This document shows positions 38,270 through 51,749 of a DNA stretch of 64,000 nt, piece by piece. A program made the position numbers and the translations under genes. The notes below the pieces were generated by a model. That model worked only from the letters and a program-made list of their open reading frames with translations. It was not told the DNA's origin and made no database searches. The stretch comes from Octopus vulgaris (lineage: Eukaryota), in NCBI GenBank assembly GCA_951406725.2, contig OX597827.1:57226001-57290000 (forward strand), in the 5' to 3' direction. Every line of letters starts with the position of its first letter. Position 1 is the first letter of the stretch.

Positions 38270-38680
38270 ATCTTTATTGCCCACAAGGGGCTAAACACAG
38301 AGAGGACAAACAAGGACAGACAAGCGGATTAAGTCGATTACATCGACCCCAGTGCATAACTAGTACTTTATTTATCGACTCCGAAAGGATGAAAGGCAAA
38401 GTCGATCTCGGCGGAATTTGAACTCAGAACGTAACGGCAGACGAATTACCTATTTCTTTACTACCCACAAGGGGCTAAACACAGAGGGGACAAACAAGGA
38501 CAGACAAACGGTCAAGTTGATTACATCGACCCCCCAGTGCGTAACTGGTACTTAATTTATCGACCCCGAAAGGATGAAAGGCAAAGTCGATCTCGGCGGA
38601 ATTTGAACTCAGAACGTAACGGCAGACGAATTACCGCTAAGCATTTCGCCCGGCGCGCTAACCTTTCTGCCGGCTCACTA
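38270..38680 (-). mobile_element. SINE family B dimer
   Basis: Two reverse-complement core units. Confidence 0.9.
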
Positions 38681-38789
38681 CCAACAGCAACAATAATACT
38701 AACAACAACAGTGGTAACAAGAACAGCATAAATAGGTAAGTAAAAGCATAAACTCACCTGCCAATACTATCCGTATAAAAGAGTAATGA

Positions 38790-39115
38790 CACCCTTCAGT
38801 CTTGAATCCCCATGGGATTGCACCTAGAATGTTACCTTTCGAGGAACAAATCCGGGCAAGGTCGATTATGAAAGCCCAGCAGTTGCCCATGCATACCAGC
38901 CTCCTCTCTCCACGACACCGATGTCATTCAAGGGAAAGGCGAAGTCCAATAAAGCTTCGCATCAGTGACGTGGCAACTCATTTCTACAGCTGAGTGAAAG
39001 TGAAATAAAGTATCTTGCTCAAGAACACAACACACAGGCCGATCCGGGAATCTAAATCCCCCCCCCCACGTGATTGTGAACCCGACGCTTTATCCACTGT
39101 GCTATGCGCCCTCAC
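38790..39115 (-). mobile_element. Diverged tRNA-headed SINE with a distinct tail
   Basis: Minus-strand gggcgcatagcacagtggataaagcg head and gtgttcttgagcaagatacttt (CORE-like) segment. Confidence 0.65.
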
Positions 39116-39386
39116 TATATCAATAATATCCGCACAACCACTAATACCACCAGCTCAACCAGTATTAACACTACCATAATCAATGAGTTAGAAAACCAAC
39201 CGTTAACCGTTTCGCTAACGCGGCTCGAATGCAAGAATTAATATATTTGAAAAATGTCAAAAATTTCCTAACCAAGATCGGAAAAAATAATATTCTTAAG
39301 TACACTGCACCAGATGCAAGAGGGTACACAAAATAAAAGTATTATATACAGGTGTATGAGACTGAAGCGCAGTAAAATAAAGTAAG

Positions 39387-39667
39387 TGACGGAAACTGAA
39401 AGAAGCTTGTCGTATATATGTATATATATATTTGTATGTGTGTGTGTTTGTGTGTCTGTGTTTGTCCCCCTAGCATTGCTTGACAACCGATGCTGGTGTG
39501 TTTACGTCCCTGTCAATTAGCGGTTCGGCAAAAGAGACTGATAGAATAAGTACTGGGCTTACAAAGAATAAGTCCCGGGGTCGATTTGCTCGACTAAAGG
39601 CGGTGCTCCAGCATGGCCGCAGTCAAATGACTGAAACAAGTAAAAGAGAAAAAGAGAGTAAAGAGTA
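39387..39667 (+). mobile_element. SINE family A (3' part)
   Basis: gacggaaactgaaagaagc...aaacaagtaaaagagaaaaagagag. Confidence 0.9.
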
Positions 39668-40139
39668 AACCAGTTTTAAAACAGTCTTAAACTAATCTGG
39701 AGCACAAAAATGTACGATGCTCCGACGAGGAGACCAGGAAGTATTCTGTAGTAGCCCTAAAGTGTGGAAAAACTGGTCCTCATACCAATCTATCTCAGCC
39801 CGAGAGTGGTGAAAGTAAAAGCGGGAGATGTGCTAGAAGAAGTGGCTACCTGTTGCTTAGCAGCGACCGTTTTGCTCGATATCGAACGGAAAACGAATAT
39901 ATTCCAGAAAAAATTGGACAGAAACTGGGATGGAAATATTGATTTAAGCTGATCATGATAGTATGGAAGCTATCCCAGATCTGATCAAACTGTAAGGTTA
40001 CGAGCAGAAAGCTGAGTTATTTATGTGGTAACATAAGCCATCTTTCGGTTCGCAGCAAAGGAGAGGAAAATGAAAATCATCCCACTGCTACCGATACCAT
40101 AGCCACAACGACAACAACAAAAGCAACAGCGACGTCAAT

Positions 40140-40525
40140 TATCATCATCATCATTGTTCGACCGTGGTCGAGACAATGGAATTTACCATGCTACGCCAGA
40201 CTTCACTGTTCCATCATGGCATTACGGAGGTCCTGTTGATGGATGCCTGTATCCCTAGAGATTACATCAGGGTAGGAGAGTGTGCGCCCTCTGGTATTGC
40301 GAGTAGATGGCTTCCAGAGGAGAAGAGTAGAAATTACTTCTTTTTCAGCTCTACAACAATGTCCAGCAAACTGGACTCTCCTACCTTTCACAAGAGATGA
40401 CACAGGTGGTAGTTTCCCATATATTTGCATTTTGGTTGGATGACGCTTCCACGAGAGATTTTGAGCTCTCATAAGGAGGCGAGTGTATGTCCCATCCAAC
40501 CGCCTCTCAAGCTTCTTTGATAACG
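40140..40525 (-). pseudogene. RTE-like LINE 3' fragment
   Basis: ORF 40203-40499 (DGTYTRLLMRAQNLSW...RRVQFAGHC...RGR) resembles RTE C-termini. (GAT)n tail at ~40142-40154. Confidence 0.75.
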
Positions 40526-40977
40526 TCTATTATAGTTTTCACTTCTAACATGTGTAACAGCTGCTAAGACACCAACACCAATGCCAGTAAAACAAACAGC
40601 AGTAACGGGGATTAAAATAACAGTAACAGCAGCAACAGCACCACGACACCACAAAACTTACTCCTCCTCCTCCCTCTTTTAGGTCAGTCAGATATGTCGT
40701 GCAATGAGGGGCGACAAAGAGGACCAATGGAAAACTATCTATATAAGAAGCAACAGAAAAAAGGAAATCAACAAAACAAATTTGCCCTCGCAGAAAAGGT
40801 GGGAGATTGAAGGAATACAATATCAACTCAACTCCAGCACCCCCCACCATCATCACCACCATCATCACCACCATCACTACCTCCACAGACTAAATCAAAA
40901 CTGCAAGCGCCACAATAAAAAAAATATAACCTACTCTACACTCAAACCAACAAGAATGACACTCACAAGGAATCATT

Positions 40978-41362
40978 GTGGAAGCACTCCGTCGGTTACG
41001 ACGACGAGGGTTCCGGTTGATTCGATCAACGGAACAGCCTGCTCGTGAAATTAACGTGTAAGTGGCTGAGCACTCCACAGACACGTGTACCCTTAACGTA
41101 GTTCTCGGGGATATTCAGCGTGACACAGAGTGTGACAAGGCCGGCCCTTTGAAATACAGGTACAACAGAAACAGGAAGTAAGAGTGAGAGAAAGTTGTGG
41201 TGAAAGAGTACAGCAGGGATCACCACAATCCCCTGCCGGAGCCTCGTGGAGCTTTAGGTGTTTTCGCTCAATAAACACTCACAATGCCCGGTCTGAGAAT
41301 CGAAACCGCGATCCTACGACCGCGAGTCCGCTGCCCTAACCACTGGGCCATTGCGCCTCCAC
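40978..41362 (-). mobile_element. SINE family R, full length, tail type a, 12-bp TSD
   Basis: TSD caaggaatcatt at 40966-40977 and 41363-41374. Near-identical to 57646-58026. Confidence 0.95.
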
Positions 41363-41827
41363 CAAGGAATCATTATAAACTACGCGGCCATAGACACAAA
41401 CAAGGACTTAATGATCCACATGCAACAATGTACAAACATTTTCTTGCCTTGACCTATTTTCCATTTCAACTTTAAACTAATCTGCTCCACTGTTGTACGA
41501 ACACCTTTGATCCAAATACTTGACCAAAAGCTCCTTGCTAATACAGCATTTGGTCTGACATTTTCCTGATGTTCATTGTCATTGTTCAGCTGTTGCCTAA
41601 AAAAATTCTTTTCGTTGTTTCTGAAGCGTTCGTTCCTCTGATACCGATTTATTCTTTGCTTGTATCCAATAGTTTATCCCACTGTTATTCTCCGTGTCTA
41701 ATGTTATACTTCCTTTGGAGCTTATCCATATGACTTATCTTCACCATGTTTTCTCTTATTATATATATATCTTTCCAAGATCTTTATTGAGCTGCTCAAA
41801 TATCAAAAATGTTAACAACAACAACAG

Positions 41828-42295
41828 TGGAGGCGCAATGGCCCAGCGGACTCGAAGCCATGAGAACGCGGTTTCGATTCCCAGACCGGGCATTGAGTGT
41901 TTATTGAACAAAAACACCTAAGCTCCACGATGGTCCGGCGGAGGTTGGTGGTGAAACCAGCTGTACTCTTTCACCACAACTTTCTCTCACTCTTTTACTT
42001 CTGCCACAAAGCAGAGGAACCATGGTGTAACCCACTATGGTTGGTAAACTTTCAGGCCCTAGTCTAGATTGCGAATCCTCTGTACCCCAGGATGGTTCAG
42101 CTATCCACCCGTTAAAAATCCACCGTTTACGGAATGAGGATAACAACGTAGCTTTCGCGCCCGTGCAACCGCCAGTCTGTCGCGTGTGGTAGGTGGATCT
42201 TCAAGTTGCCGCACGCATTCTTTGTAGCTTAGAGTAGGCTCGAATTAGAGATTATTCTTTGTGGCTAATGGCGTGAGTCCTGATTAGAAGAAGAC
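41828..42295 (+). mobile_element. SINE family R, tail type b
   Basis: Homolog of 1395-1827. Flanked on both sides by (AAC)n. Confidence 0.88.
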
Positions 42296-42321
42296 AACAA
42301 CAACAACAACAACAACAACAA

Positions 42322-42418
<97 letters not shown>

Positions 42419-42493
42419 TATAATAATAATAATTATAATAATGATAATAATCGTTTCTACTGGAGGCGGAAGGCTCCAGGCTGTTAATACAAA

Positions 42494-42838
42494 GTTCTGA
42501 GTTCAAATTCCGCCGAAGTCGACTTTGCCTTTGATCCTTTCGGGGGTCAATAAATTAAGTACCAGTTACGCACTGAGGTCGATGTAATCGACTTAATCCC
42601 TTTGTGTCCTTGTTTAGCCCCTTGTGGGCAATAAAGAAATAAGAAACGTTAGCCAGGCGAAATGCTTAGCAGTATTTCGTCTGTCTGTACGTTCTGAGTT
42701 CAAATTCCGCTGAAGTCGACTTTGCCTTTGATCCCTTTCAGGATCGATAGATTAAGTACTAGTTGCTTACTTGGATCGATCTAATCGTCTAGCCTCCTCA
42801 CCCAAAATTTCGGGCCTTGTGCCTAATGTAGAAAAGAA
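42494..42838 (+). mobile_element. SINE family B dimer
   Basis: Two core units, long tail then short tail. Confidence 0.85.
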
Positions 42839-43340
42839 TATGTGGTTGCCAAGAGCCAACATAATATAAAATAATTATGGTGGTCGTGGTGGTAGTAGTG
42901 GTACCGTTAGCGAGCGTGGTAGTTTTGGTGGCGGTAGTGGCGGTTGTGTTAGTCGAAGGGCAAACTGTAAAGTGACGAAACAAATTAGAAGTAGTATTTA
43001 TTTCGAAATCCTTTGCGCTCCGAAATGAAATTCTGCCTCGTTTACCCTCGTCGTCTTACTCTTTTGCTGCAGTCGATAAAATAATACCGGTTATGTACTG
43101 AGGTCGACCTAATCGACTATACAGCTCCTTCTTCTTACGAGTAAACAATGCCAGGGAAAATTCACAAAGAGCATTTAGTGCTTGTCACGGAATTTTCCAG
43201 AGATAACACAAAGGAAGTTACCTGTTGTACTTTTCGTGTATTTTTTCTTTTCTTTCCTTTTACTATAAAGACATCATCTTATTGCCTGTCGTTTAGGCTG
43301 AGAGAATGAGAGAGAAAAATAGAGAAAGAGAGAGCGAGAA

Positions 43341-43408
<68 letters not shown>

Positions 43409-43532
43409 GATACAGAAACAAGGAAGAATCGATCCTAGTGCTTCATTGCTACTTTATTTATCGATTCCGAAACGATAAAACGCAAAGCTGACTTCTATGC
43501 AGTATTTGAATTGTGAGAGATGGGGGAGAGAA

Positions 43533-43585
<53 letters not shown>

Positions 43586-43710
43586 GAAGCCGAATTTCAT
43601 GACTCACTTGTGCATGTTTGTGTGCGCGCATGCGTATGCATGTATATCTGTGAGTTATGTGTGTGTGTGAGCATATGCTTGTATATGTATTTTTATGTAT
43701 ATGTGTACGT

Positions 43711-43751
<41 letters not shown>

Positions 43752-43753
<2 letters not shown>

Positions 43754-43974
43754 GTTAATCTAAACATGAAAACACAAAGAGAAAACACAACAACGCGAGG
43801 ACGTGGAACAAGTATAGTGTTATTGGACGCTCAGGAAAGGAAGAAAGAAGGAGGATTTAACGTTTCGAGCGGAACTCTTCGTCAGAAACATAGGAAAAGG
43901 AAAGATCCAATGAAGGGAAGACGGAGGAAAACAAATTGTCAACGATACACACGCGGTCACATTTTGAATGACCG
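43752..43974 (-). mobile_element. (TA)n-embedded non-coding element with a hammerhead-like core
   Basis: Minus strand CTGACGA-A-GAG-ttccg-CTC-GAAA-CGTT (43859-43885). Stem I is only 3-4 bp. Homologous fragment at 14867-14939 (+). Confidence 0.55.
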
Positions 43975-44013
<39 letters not shown>

Positions 44014-44050
44014 CATATATATATATACATATATATACATATATATATAC

Positions 44051-44130
<80 letters not shown>

Positions 44131-44215
44131 TCTAATATAGGATAGAATTTTTCGAAAAAAATTCTATCAATGGCCAGCATATTAAAAAATACCTTTAAAG
44201 GTTAAATTTATAAAC

Positions 44216-44285
44216 AATTTATAAGTAAGGGCAAAAGAAAAAATTTGGCAATAGGAATTTTTTCTTTTGCCCTTACTTATAAATT
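44216..44285. repeat. Perfect 30-bp inverted repeat with a 10-nt loop
   Basis: aatttataagtaagggcaaaagaaaaaatt / tggcaatagg / aattttttcttttgcccttacttataaatt. Confidence 0.95.
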
Positions 44286-44497
44286 TTATACAGATATCTT
44301 TGTTTTAGTCATTGGACTGTGGTCATGCTGGGATACCGTTTTGAAGACTTTTAACTGAACAAATCAACCCCAGTCCTTATCTGTTAAAGTCTGGTACTTC
44401 TTTACTGTCTTTTGTCGAACCGGTAACGTAGCGGGATATGAACAAACCAACACCAGATGTCGAGCAGTGGGGCAGGACGACAAACACAAACACGCTC

Positions 44498-44534
<37 letters not shown>

Positions 44535-45275
44535 TACATGACGGGCTTCCACACAGTTTCCGACTACCACTCAAAAGACATTGGTCCGTCCGGGGCTTTA
44601 CTAGAAGACACGATACGGCGCATCACCAAGGATTGAACTAGAAACCATGAGGTTTCGAATGAAATTTCTTGACTGCCATAATCACTATCTTCGGTATTAT
44701 CACAAACAAAAATTTTTTTACTGACCTCAAAATAATGTATTCTTACATCGGCACAAGACTAACCAAACTATTTTTCAACATTATTAGTGACAGAAGCAGT
44801 GTTAGTACCAAAAGTCAATCCTTATATCCAACAGAACGTGGACGTCTTGTTCGAATGTCGAACACAGCGCTATTAGCCTCATATCCTCTCATATAGGCGC
44901 ATAGATCGGAGCTGACGAAAATCGTTTGTTATGGACACCAGAACATCCATATCAACTGATTTCAGTGGGAGGCGTCCGGTGACAGCATACCAGCCAAATC
45001 TCGCCCCCACGATATTTAGAATGTCAGCAATATTTTTAGAGGTTAATAACTCAGTATTCAGCGTTCTAACAAGACATTCATGTTAAGTTGGATATAAAGA
45101 TTATTTTGCAAGCGATGTATGGGTATATATATCCGAAGGCAGTATATTTGCACACTCGTCAAAGCAGCATTACCCAACCAAAGTTTCCTGGAACCCTAGT
45201 GACCTGTGAGAGTCGACTGGAGTTTTGCGAATAATAGAGATAAATAGACTAATTATATACAAGTGTGTGAGTTTT

Positions 45276-45686
45276 TCCCCTCTGTGTTTAGCCCCTTGTG
45301 GGTAGTAAAGAAATAGGTATTTCGTCTGCCGCTACGTTCTGAGTTCAAATTCCGCCGAGGTTGACTTTGCCTTTCATCCTTTCGGGGTCGATTAAATCAG
45401 TAGCACTTACGCACTGGGATCAATATAATCGATTTAATCCGTTTGTCTGTCCTTGTTTGTCCTGTCTGTGTTTAGCCTCTTGTGGGTAGTAAAGAAATAT
45501 GTATTTCGTCTGCCGCTACGTTCTGAGTTCCAATCCCGCCGAAGTCGACTTTGTCTTTCATTTTTCGGGATCGATAAATCAAGTACCAGTTACGCACTGG
45601 GGTCAAGATGTAATCGACTTAATCCGTTCGTTTGTCCTTGTTTGTCCCCTCTATGTTTAGCCCCTTGTGGGCAATAAAGAAATAAG
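45276..45686 (+). mobile_element. SINE family B multimer (headless)
   Basis: A tail fragment followed by two core units. Confidence 0.85.
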
Positions 45687-45808
45687 AAGCTTTCTTCGCA
45701 ACCACATGGTCCCGGATTCAGTCCCACTGCGGGACACCTCGGGCAAGCGTCTTCTACTATAGCATCGGGCCGACCAAAGCCTTGCCAGGGCACTTGTAGA
45801 CACCCGTC

Positions 45809-45853
<45 letters not shown>

Positions 45854-45980
45854 ATAGTAGAAGACACTTGCTCGATGTGCCCCGCAGTGGGACTGAATCC
45901 GGGAACATGTGGTTGGGAAGAAAGCTTCTTTTTTCTTTATTGCCCATTGCCCACAAGGGGCTAAACATAGAGGGGACATG

Positions 45981-46066
<86 letters not shown>

Positions 46067-46344
46067 TAATATATATAAAGATATATATACATATGTCTGT
46101 GTATGTGTTTGTGTGTGTGTGTATTTGTCCCCAACAACGCTTGACAACCGATGCTGGTGTGTTTACGTCCCCATAACTTAGCGGTTTGGCAAAAGAGACC
46201 GATACAATAAGAACTAGGCTTACAAAGAATAAGTCCTGGGTTCGATTTTCTCAACTGAAGGCGGTGCTTCAGCATGGCCGCAGTCAAAATGACTGAAACA
46301 AGTTAAAGAGTAAAGATATATGTGTGTGTATATATATATATATA

Positions 46345-46531
46345 GGGAGAATTCACAAAAAAAAAAACGACGAAGACAGGTGGTGTAAACAACAAACAGC
46401 TATATTAGTATAATGCTCGGGAAGTGAAAAGGTCTTTAAGATTTCGAGCCTACGCTCTTCCACAGAAAAAGGAATAGAGAAAGAAACAACGAAAAAAAAT
46501 TAAGAATGTGTAGTCGCTATCGATCTATCAT
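46345..46531 (-). mobile_element. (TA)n-embedded element with a degenerate hammerhead-like core
   Basis: Minus strand CTGTGGA-A-GAG-cgtagg-CTC-GAAA-tctta (46437-46465). Same layout as 43752-43974. Confidence 0.4.
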
Positions 46532-46717
46532 GATATATATGTATATATATATATGTCTGTATGTCTGTGTTGACCCCCCCACACACACACACACACACCA
46601 TCGCTTGACAATCGATGTTGGTGTGTTTACGCCCTCGTAACTTAACGGTTCGGCAATTGTAACCGATTGAATAATTACTAGGCTTACAAAAATAAGCTCT
46701 GGGGTCAACAAAAGCAT

Positions 46718-46765
<48 letters not shown>

Positions 46766-46856
46766 ATACACGTCGTGTATATATACACACACACACACAC
46801 ACACACATATATACGTCGAGATAGCTAGACGGACAGACAGATAGAGAGAGAGAGAG

Positions 46857-46928
<72 letters not shown>

Positions 46929-47164
46929 GGATGGATTGATAGATAATGTGCATGGTAGGCGTGAGAACGTGTGTATGAATGCATATGCGCTGATTCCTTC
47001 TACCAGGTATCATCCCAGGGCTGTAGGAGTAACGCTCAAGATACTACGTAGTGGGACCGAACCCGAAACAAGGTACTTACGAAGCGAACTTTCTAACCGT
47101 ACACCCACTGCCTACGCTCATGGATGTTTATGCATAAATAAGTAAATAAATATATATATTATTC

Positions 47165-47324
47165 TATTCTTTTACTTGTTTCAGTCATTTGACTGTGGCC
47201 TTGCTGGAGCACCGCCCTTTTAGTCGAGCAAATCGATCCCAGGACTTATTCTTTGTAAGCCTAGTACTTATTCTATCGGGGACGTAAACACACCAGCATC
47301 GGTTGTTAAGGGATGGTGGGGGCA

Positions 47325-47365
<41 letters not shown>

Positions 47366-47520
47366 GATGGGCTTCTTTCAGTTTCCGTTTACCAAATCCA
47401 CTCACAAGCCTTTGGTCGGCCCGAGACTATAGTAGAAGACACTAGCTAAAAGTTGTCACTCAGTGAGACTGAACTCGGAACCATGTGGTTGGTAAGCAAG
47501 CTACATACCACACAGCCACT
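47165..47520 (-). mobile_element. SINE family A
   Basis: Tail, (CA)n and head present. Confidence 0.9.
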
Positions 47521-47521
47521 C

Positions 47522-47576
<55 letters not shown>

Positions 47577-47780
47577 TACTTACTGGTAATGGACAGAGTG
47601 ACAATTAAGGTGTCAGTAGTGGCGGTTGTAGAAGTGGTGGTAGCGGTGATGGCGGTGGTTATAGGTGACGATTCTGCTTTGCAAAACGTAGGTGGCGTTG
47701 TGAGATGTTTCTATAAATATCTGTATTTTGAAATTGCATAAAAGAAAATCAAAAGCAACGACTACAACCACAACTACAAT

Positions 47781-47812
<32 letters not shown>

Positions 47813-48412
47813 TCAATACTTTTGAAAGGCGTTGTTGTTGTTGTTGTTGTTCTGGTGGTGGTAGCGGTGGTGGTGGTGGTGGTTTTGGTGGTGGTGCGTG
47901 GAAGGATCGATATTATGAGAGGAACGATGACTATTAAATCTGTAGTGACGGAATGAGTGATTATAAGGAAGAGAAAAAAGTTCGTTTGTGATATAGTGGC
48001 TGTGTTAGGATGATGATGATGATGAGGAGGAGGAGGAGGAGGAGGAGGTGGCGGTGGTTGTGGTGGTTGTGGTCGTGGTGGAGGTGTGGCACTGTTAATG
48101 TCATGGACAGGGCGATTCCGACTGGTAAAAGATTAAAAACAAAAACCAAAAAAAAAAAAAAAATCAAAAAGAAGTGGTTTAGTGGTGGTGGTGGTGGTGG
48201 TGGTGGTGGTGGTGGTGGTGGTGGGGATGTGACGACACCCTGGGTGGAAAGAAAGGTGGGCGGTGAACTCGATGGATACTTACTTGGGGTGGCTGACGAA
48301 GGAAATCGGGACGACGGAGGCGGTGGCGACGGTGACTGACTGCAATGACCGCGATGTGGTGGTAGTAGTAGTATTAGTAGTAGTAGTAGTGGTGGTGGTG
48401 GTGGTGGTGGTG

Positions 48413-48473
<61 letters not shown>

Positions 48474-48763
48474 GGGTGATGGTTGCGGTGGTGGTGGTGG
48501 TGGTGGTGGAAGTGGTTGTGGAGGCGGTTGTGGTGGTTGTGGTGGTATCAGTGACAGATTTAGTGTTCAGGCTATTTATAGAAACATCGGCCAAGCAAAA
48601 GAGAAGGAATTGTTTATTATAGAGAGGGAAAGAAGGAAAGGGGGAAGAAATAACGCAAGTTTTGAGTGAGAGGGGGAGAAGGAGAGAGGGAGTGCAAGAG
48701 AGAAAGATAGAAGACGATGAAGAAGAGAAAGAAAGAGAGTGAGCGAGAGAGAGATAGGGAGTT

Positions 48764-48801
<38 letters not shown>

Positions 48802-48916
48802 CATATGTTCGTTAATGCAATTATAGCTCTCTTCTGCATGCTTCTACCCCCACGGCTCCACCTCTCTCAAAATTGTTATGTTTGTATGTACCTATGTACA
48901 TATATGTGTGTACGTA

Positions 48917-48947
<31 letters not shown>

Positions 48948-48958
48948 TTATATGTATG

Positions 48959-48992
<34 letters not shown>

Positions 48993-49217
48993 ACTTTGTA
49001 TGTATGCGCACTTTTACGCAAGTTTATTTATCCATTTATTGCGTGCGTGTGTTTTGTGTGAAGCAGAAGACCGAAAAGCGAAGACGGATGGTGAGAGAGG
49101 AAGAGAGCAAGAGAAGTAAAGAGAAAGACAAGTAAGTTATGGAAGAGGGGGTGTGAGTTAACGAAAGAGAATGAGGCGGCGGCGATAATCGGTTATATGA
49201 ATGGCTGACAGAACTGT

Positions 49218-49310
49218 CCAATGAAATGTAGTTTACAACACAGGGACGGAAAGAACGCGTAACAAACACTATACTATATAAAGAGACCCGGGGAAAACAT
49301 TAGGCAGTGA
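49218..49310 (+). promoter_or_regulatory. Candidate Pol II core promoter (CCAAT - TATA - Inr)
   Basis: CCAAT at 49218, TATATAAAG at 49275-49283, and Inr-like gCAGTg with its A at 49306 (31 nt from the TATA start), in non-repetitive sequence. Confidence 0.4.
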
Positions 49311-50392
49311 AACAACGCACTACGTACTACACCCTACACATGCATAAACTGTGTGTTCCGCTTATATATGTGACTCTCGTATGATAAAAAGACACAGAAA
49401 GAGAGTGACAGAGAGGAAGAAGAAAAGAGGCATCCAGTTGTTTTCTTTTATATATACCTGTATATATATGTGCACGGTTTCATTGAAAAGTTATCTAAGA
49501 CTATTAAAGCGAACGGCCATAACACAAAAACTCAGTTGATTGATTTATAAGTTAATACAGAACTAAAATAATACTAATAGTAATAATAATAATAATAATA
49601 ACAACAACAACAACAACAACAACAATAAAGATAATTTTGATTTGGCCTTGTAATTCGCGAAGAAACATTTCAGAGAAGGAATTTTTTTAAAAAAAGGCAA
49701 TCAGGAAAAAAATATAAATAAAAGAGAGAGAAAGAAAGAGCGAAAGAAGAAAGATAAGGCAAAAAAAATAATAATATATATATATATATATATATACAAA
49801 AGCAAAACGAAGAAACATTAGAAAATATACATTAAAAAGGGTATTTTGCGAGTGAGAGGTGTTAATGTCTTTCTTGAGTACCAAAAGTGGAGCGAAAACC
49901 GGTAAGGATAAAAGTGTTTCTTTGTGATAAGTTTTGGAAGTTTTAGAAGTTTACCATTGAAATCTATTAAAAAGAAGTAAAAAAAAACAAACAAAAAACA
50001 AAAAAAAGAAACGATAAAAACTAAAAGAAATATATTTACTGATTTACTGAGCAAGAATATCAGCCTCAATATTTATACGTGTCTGTGTGTTTGCGAGTAT
50101 GAGTGCATGCGTGTATGTATGAGTATACAAACATATAGACGTATATAACGAATTTAAACAGTAATAAGATATAAGATATAAGAATAAGATATAAAGTTTG
50201 TATACTGCCTCATTTTTTTTTTTTTTCGTGTTTTTTACGTCGTCCGCATTGGAAATCTTTACTTTCTAAATTACCCGGTGAAAGAGATAGACACTTGAAA
50301 CAGGTAGGAATTTTCTTCGGTTATCACAATCATCATTCTTGACATCCTCCTCCTCATCATCATTATCACCAACATTCTTCTTCTTCTTCTTC

Positions 50393-50460
<68 letters not shown>

Positions 50461-50463
50461 ATT

Positions 50464-50495
<32 letters not shown>

Positions 50496-50721
50496 TATTA
50501 TTATTGTTATTATAATTATTGTTGTTGTTGGTGTTGTTGTTATTATCATTATTATTATTATTATTATTATTATCATTATTATTGCTATCTGCAACAACAA
50601 CAGCAATCAGCATCATGATGAAAATCATACTCAAAAAGATATCTACATCATCGTCATAACTATATTGCATTTTATGCTCAAATGCCCAGCGAAGCCTATA
50701 GATACATTTTTATGAGTGTTC

Positions 50722-50794
<73 letters not shown>

Positions 50795-50799
50795 TATAT

Positions 50800-50947
50800 T
50801 TTATTCTTTTATTTGTTTGAGTTATTTGACTGCGGCCATGCTAGAGCACCGCTAAGTTACGAGGACGTAAACACACCGACATCGGTTGTCAAGTGACGGT
50901 GGGGGCGGGGACAAACACAGACACAAATATATACATATATATGTGTG

Positions 50948-50983
<36 letters not shown>

Positions 50984-51128
50984 ACAGGCTTCTTTCAGTT
51001 TCCATCTACCTAATCCACTCACAAGGCTTTGGTTGGCCCGAAGTTATAGTAGAAGAAACTAGCCCAAGGTGCCACCCAGTGGGACTGAACCAAGAACCAT
51101 GTGGTTGGTAAGCAAGCTACATACCACA
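50800..51128 (-). mobile_element. SINE family A (internally deleted)
   Basis: Homology to 62399-62817. Confidence 0.85.
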
Positions 51129-51199
51129 CTCACACACATACACACACAAACACACACACACATATAATTGTAAATATACATATATTACCTACCTACAAA

Positions 51200-51590
51200 T
51201 ATCCTCATTGCAGAGAGTGAGGGTCAGCAACCATAGATTTATGTATCATATTCATCCGTCCTGTATCTGTCTTTCTCTATGGTTAAGCATTCTGCCAGAG
51301 GTCTTGCAGACCATTCTTTGATGTCTTCAAACCTAGCATCTTCAAAGCCTCCTCCTTCCATGTTTCCCATTTGCTCTCACTTCTTGGATGCGACAACTAA
51401 GCTTTTGGGAGTTGACGATAAGCCCAAAACTATAACTTTCTCTTCGTAAGAGTTGCCAATAACAGTACGACGGTTTACCCAGCTGATCATCAGTACTTTT
51501 CGGTAACACGTGTTACAAATGCATTCAGTGTGTCAGTGTCATTTGCTGTTAGGCTCCAGTTTTCACATCAATACAGTGCAACAGGTCAAT
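51200..51590 (-). pseudogene. Decayed RTE-like LINE 3' fragment
   Basis: Minus-strand translation PVALY*CENWSLT...TLNAF...YRKVLMISWVNRRT matches the RTE LYGxExW...ISW motif. Confidence 0.65.
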
Positions 51591-51620
51591 TCATATATGT
51601 ATACACATAAACATATGCAC

Positions 51621-51669
<49 letters not shown>

Positions 51670-51749
51670 ATATAAGATTATATAGATATAAGATTATCGC
51701 CATGGGCTCCTTGAGAGCGGTCAGCTAAAAGTTTTTTGTGCATTTTGAT

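Noticed and set aside
39690-40070. Purine-rich coding-like segment
   Set aside because: Probably a decayed retroelement piece, but I could not identify any motif to support a call.
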